Source: Iphione sp. A-MEVVRFRX5 | Lineage: Eukaryota | Assembly: GCA_976226885.1 (NCBI GenBank) | Contig: OZ320313.1 | Coordinates: 86,800,001 to 86,864,000 of the forward strand | DNA: 64,000 bases | Direction of reading: 5' to 3' | Part shown: piece after piece, positions 59,547-64,000 of the stretch | How positions within the stretch are numbered: the first letter of the stretch is position 1 | How the letters are laid out: each line of letters begins with the position of its first letter | The notes under the pieces: model-generated | What the model saw: only the letters and a program-made list of their open reading frames with translations | The model's database searches: none | Told to the model about the DNA's origin: nothing | Position numbers and translations under genes: made by a program

Positions 59547-61648
59547 CTACTAGGTACACGTGGAGCCAACACGTGTGTTTGTTTACGGCGGAAGCCAAAT
59601 TACGCGCGAAAATTACGAATTCCACCAATCAGTGGACACGGGACACTCACTCGTAATCGCGGCGGTATTAGCGGTTCGAGGTCAAAAGATTTAGCGCTTA
59701 AGCCGTCGTAAGAAAAATGGGTCATCCTTAATATGGTTCAAGGGAAGCGGTTTAAGATATGCATTACAGCAGCCGGCCCCTGCATTGGTGTGCAGATGCG
59801 TTCCTGTCCACTCCCGTCCGTTTTTTAAGAGCACGGTCATTTCAGTTTCACATTTACTAATTCTAATTCAGTTTTCCCCATCATTTCCATACATTTCCAC
59901 AACAATCCATCCTTTTCCAGTCTCATTCTCATCATTTTCGCCAGTTTTCACATCCTTTTTCTCAGCATTTTCACCGGTTTTCACACATCTTCAATGTAAC
60001 TTCAAAGAACACCTCTGTCCAAGAAGCTGCATGAACCTGCAGGGGGGAAATGCATACCAATACACTTGGAGGCCTGATGCTAGGTAATGTATGCAAACAC
60101 ACATAAAGGAACCGGGCCTTAGTACGTACAGTTTGAAGGCAGACCAAACCGAAATGCACTAATACAACTCACAGATCAGATTCCCCTACCTCAGGGTGGT
60201 AAGGGTATAATGTGAAATATTATATAGAATATATAACTCTATTAATCTTTGTGCCATATGATGAGATATTTCCTTTGCTTTAGATGTATTCCTGGATGGC
60301 GGGAGCCCTTCACAGCTAAAGTGGGTAAAGGTCGACTAACGTGCAGTTCAGATATGTAAGGTACAGTAGGTGAGTTTGTTACTGTCATTTGGTAAGAGAA
60401 ATGTGAAAAGGTACATCTTTTAAAGCTGTCGTTTGACAAAAGTACGAAGTGTTTCTTTTCCATGGTGCGCAACCTGAGGGGATTTCCAAAAGGCGGCGGT
60501 AAAACTGTCCTGGCTGATCCCAAGGCAAAACATCCTGTATCTGCTACACACTTTGCGGCGTCACGCCCGGTTCTCTGTTACTCACCACAGCGAGCTTTCT
60601 TAAGCGTCTATTGGCAAGAGTCCGCATTCATAGGTGAGCTTCTAATCCGGCCAATGATAACATGGCACCATACAGATAGGCCATCTTTCTTTTCAAATAT
60701 CAGGAATATTCTTTTCTTCCGATTCAAAGTATGAACTGTAGTTTATTCCCATCAGTACAGGAAATCAACAAAATTTTGTAAAACCCTCGTTGGGAAATCG
60801 GCACTTTGAAAAACGTGTAACTGTAGCGTCTTTAAAACCGCAAATAATAAATTAGTGTTCAAGTAGAATGTAAATCAATTTAGTATTAATGATGACTATG
60901 TCATTCTTTAACACTAATATAGACAAAGATCGTTGTTAGACACAGACTTCCAGCGGGAGAACGAGAAACGTTGGTCTCCAAGAAGTCGGTAGCAACATCA
61001 AGACAGCTTGTGTGGTAAATGTAGACGGCATATCGCATGCATACAAAAGTAGTTCCATGAAATCACAACTTATGGGCATGAATAAAAAATGAAACTGCCC
61101 TTTGTGAGGTATCCACATTTATTGGTTTCAGGTGTAAGGTTTCCCTAACGTCGGTTGGTGGGCGACACCATCAGTCTCGTCCGTTCAGAAAAGCAGGCGG
61201 TAATCTGACGGGTGCTAATAGCAAGCTGTCGTCGGACCCGTTTGCTCGCTGATGAACAAATTCCTTGCAACAGCTGAGAGTGCGACATAGGTTAATTCTA
61301 CATTACCATATCCACACAACAACGATATTCTTATCACAGTGTTGAAGGTCGTCCGGAAAATTGTTCAAAATAGTAGTTGGCAGTTTTGATATCTGTAAAA
61401 ATCCTTTCTTCAAATGACAGAGAAAGAAACTTCTTTCGCCTACTTGTTACTTCATCAGCACACTAAATAGATATTACTAAATCTGGTACATTTAAGTACA
61501 TGTACATGTATATGCAAAACAACATATTGTAGCAAATCTGTAAATGGTTTTAGTTTTTTAGGTAATTTGCACAGATATCGTGACTATCAATTGCGGCCGT
61601 AGTGGTAATTTGAGAGATCCATATTGTGAGATTCCTTAAAATTTGGTA

Positions 61649-62976
61649 GGGGAAGGGTGGGTAATTTGGACCCCCTAAGAAAAACATGCTCTAAAATCAA
61701 AATGTCTAAGCCACTGTACAAAAACTTTGCTTATTTTGAAGCAATGGGGGCTGGAGCATATTTTAACAAACTGTGGGAATTTTAGTTAAATTAGTCTGTG
61801 AGTAAAATGCAATTGAAAATTTTTTATGACTGGTACAGTTTACCTAACAGGGAGGGTAAATTGGACCAGGTGCCATAGTCTGAACAATCAGGTGTAAAAT
61901 GAATCTAGGTCCTAGAATTGTAAGTCTCATGAACAACAGCATGGCTTTGAAAGGTTTTGGTCACTATTAGTTGCAATGCCAATGGACTTTGTGAATTCTA
62001 CCATCAAAATATGTACAACAGAATGGGACCTGCATTCCTAGGGTATTAGATTCTTTTCATACCTGTTGCTGCTACCTTGTAAACTGTGTGTACATGTATA
62101 TTTAAAATGTTTCACCAAACATTTTAAAAACTGGAAAAATTCATTTGACAAGATAACCTCTCAGGCCTAAAAAGCTCCTTGCATTAGTGACAGGAGCTTT
62201 ATTGATGACCTTCTTGAATACGCAGGCAAATTACCACACATCTATTCCAGTAATCTTGTCATTAGAAGTCCAAAATATGTTAAAACCAAAAGTAAATAAA
62301 TAAAAACCAATAAATGTTTCTCTATTTATTTTTTAAAATGATGCCTTTCATTTCAATAAAAAAAATACTTGCAGTAGAAAAGGGTACATCATGGAGTTTA
62401 ATAAACTTGCACTACATTTACTGTCTTAGTTCAAAATAGATTATCTTCACATGATAGCTCCTTCTTAAGACCAAATACGGATACCACAAGGTTTCTCCAA
62501 AGCTTGCTTAACAGATAAAAGAAAAGGTAATGGTTGTGTAGGTAGATTGGACTGAGTCAGGTAGTTTGACCAGTGGTCCAATATACCCTCCCTATGGTGG
62601 TCCAATTTACCAACACCAATCCCCAGGAAAAATGTTTTCTGATCATTTTTGTGTAGATGACAGAGACTAAACTTGATGTTAGTATTGCTTCTGAGTGAGA
62701 CAGTATTGATTTAAAGTTATTATAAGGGTCTATGTACTTTCTGCTCGCAACTATATTGCCAAATATAATTAGTAAAATTAGATCAGTGAGACATAAAACC
62801 AATAATGTGTCTCAGCTAGGCACATATTTTTTTGAAGCCACCATATTTTAGTTCTGAGACATTGTGAAGTTATATCACTTATTGTTGGATGGTGCTCATA
62901 TTCCTTTCTTGCCTGAAAATCAGAGATCTTGATGTGGTCCAATTTACCCACTAGTCCAAATTACCCACCTTTCCCC
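61649..62976. mobile_element. Non-autonomous TA-TSD DNA transposon (1,328 bp, Tc1/mariner-pogo type)
   Basis: TA flanks at 61647-48 and 62977-78. 23-bp TIR GGGGAA(G/A)GGTGGGTAATTTGGAC with one mismatch. Internal subterminal copies of GGTAAATTGGACC / GGTCCAATTTACC. No transposase ORF. Confidence 0.85.
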
Positions 62977-64000
62977 TATATAGACGCTTCAAGTATCTCA
63001 TCATGTGATGCTGTATATGTATAGTCGTAGCTTTCTCAGGAAGTAGACCACAAAGATGGCCACGCCATGTAACCTGCATGAATCAAGTTGATATACATTT
63101 GAGAAAAGTGTTTAGCAATTTGTAATTTTTGCCAAATGCCCCTTTTTGCCATGCTATTCGGTCAACATCGTGATGTCTGGCCAAATAATATTTACATATT
63201 GAGGAATTTATCAGAAAGAGATGAAATTGTAAACGAGGTGAGGTTTAGTGTTTAAATCATTTGTCAAATTTGCCATATGAATTATTGTACAAAATAAATT
63301 CTTTCTATATCATCCATGTAACATTGTCATTACAATGTCATTATCATTGACACTATCACTATCATACATGTACAGGTTTCATAATGAACTTTCTAATAAA
63401 TCATCTACGATTACTAACACATGATTGTACAAATTTATTTCCTTCAGTTGCATTCATCTAATCACCTGCCGAGCTCTTCCATTTGTCACAGGTGGTATTG
63501 TAAATGCATTTTCCTATATTATATTTTCTTATATGGTATACTCTGCAACCATTCCAGGATATTCTTTACAATCCCTCCAAAGGGGTAAAGGGGTTTCCAG
63601 TAGGCAGTGGCTTGCGTGGATGGATGTGATCGTGAAATGGATGCTATTGAAAGCTACAATGGATAGCCGAAACGGACCGAGGTAGGAGATCCATTAACGC
63701 AGCAATAATTCTGCATCAACTTGCACATATTTATACGTATTGTAAGAGATAAGAAGTCTTCAATATATGTCTCTGGGATCAGCCTTGCCTGACTTGAATC
63801 TGTCCCATATGTATGCTGTGACTATTCACAAAAGATTGCCACTGTGAATTTCAACTTTATGCAAATGTGTGCATGCATGGGTGTGCAAAGCAAGAGAAGA
63901 AAAGAAAGAACCCCTCGTATACCACATCTTGTATATGAGGAAATGAAATGGAAAGATATGTACATATGTATATATATATTCATGTTCTCTTGAAAATATA

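Larger units (their letters stand above)
51009..59779. mobile_element. Full-length, apparently young PIF/Harbinger DNA transposon (8,771 bp)
   Basis: Perfect 16-bp TIRs GGGCCGGCTGCTGTAA (51009-51024; inverted at 59764-59779). 3-bp TSD CTG (51006-08 and 59780-82; CWG type). Contains an intact transposase and a Myb/SANT-like gene in convergent orientation. CpG-rich relative to its surroundings. Confidence 0.95.

Overview
Eukaryotic (animal, apparently marine-invertebrate-type) genomic DNA, AT-rich and dominated by repeats, with one assembly gap (34991-35137). There is one clear host gene: a single-coding-exon POMGNT2/GTDC2 orthologue (39566-41602, +). Most of the left half is decayed transposon debris: a tRNA-derived SINE, LINE fragments, two nested Ty3/Gypsy remnants, and many MITEs with recognisable TIRs/TSDs. 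A DIRS/Ngaro RT remnant lies further right. The standout feature is an apparently young 8,771-bp PIF/Harbinger transposon (51009-59779; perfect 16-bp TIRs, CTG TSD). It carries an intact 4-exon DDE transposase on + and, on -, a Myb/SANT-like gene plus an extra multi-exon coding module. The two strands are interleaved: the last minus-strand exon and its polyA signals lie inside transposase intron 1. The element is also saturated with a CpG-containing hexamer (TTACGA/TCGTAA, 43 sites counted by eye versus about 4 expected). All gene models were built by eye from GT-AG sites and phase consistency; no database search or RNA evidence was available.
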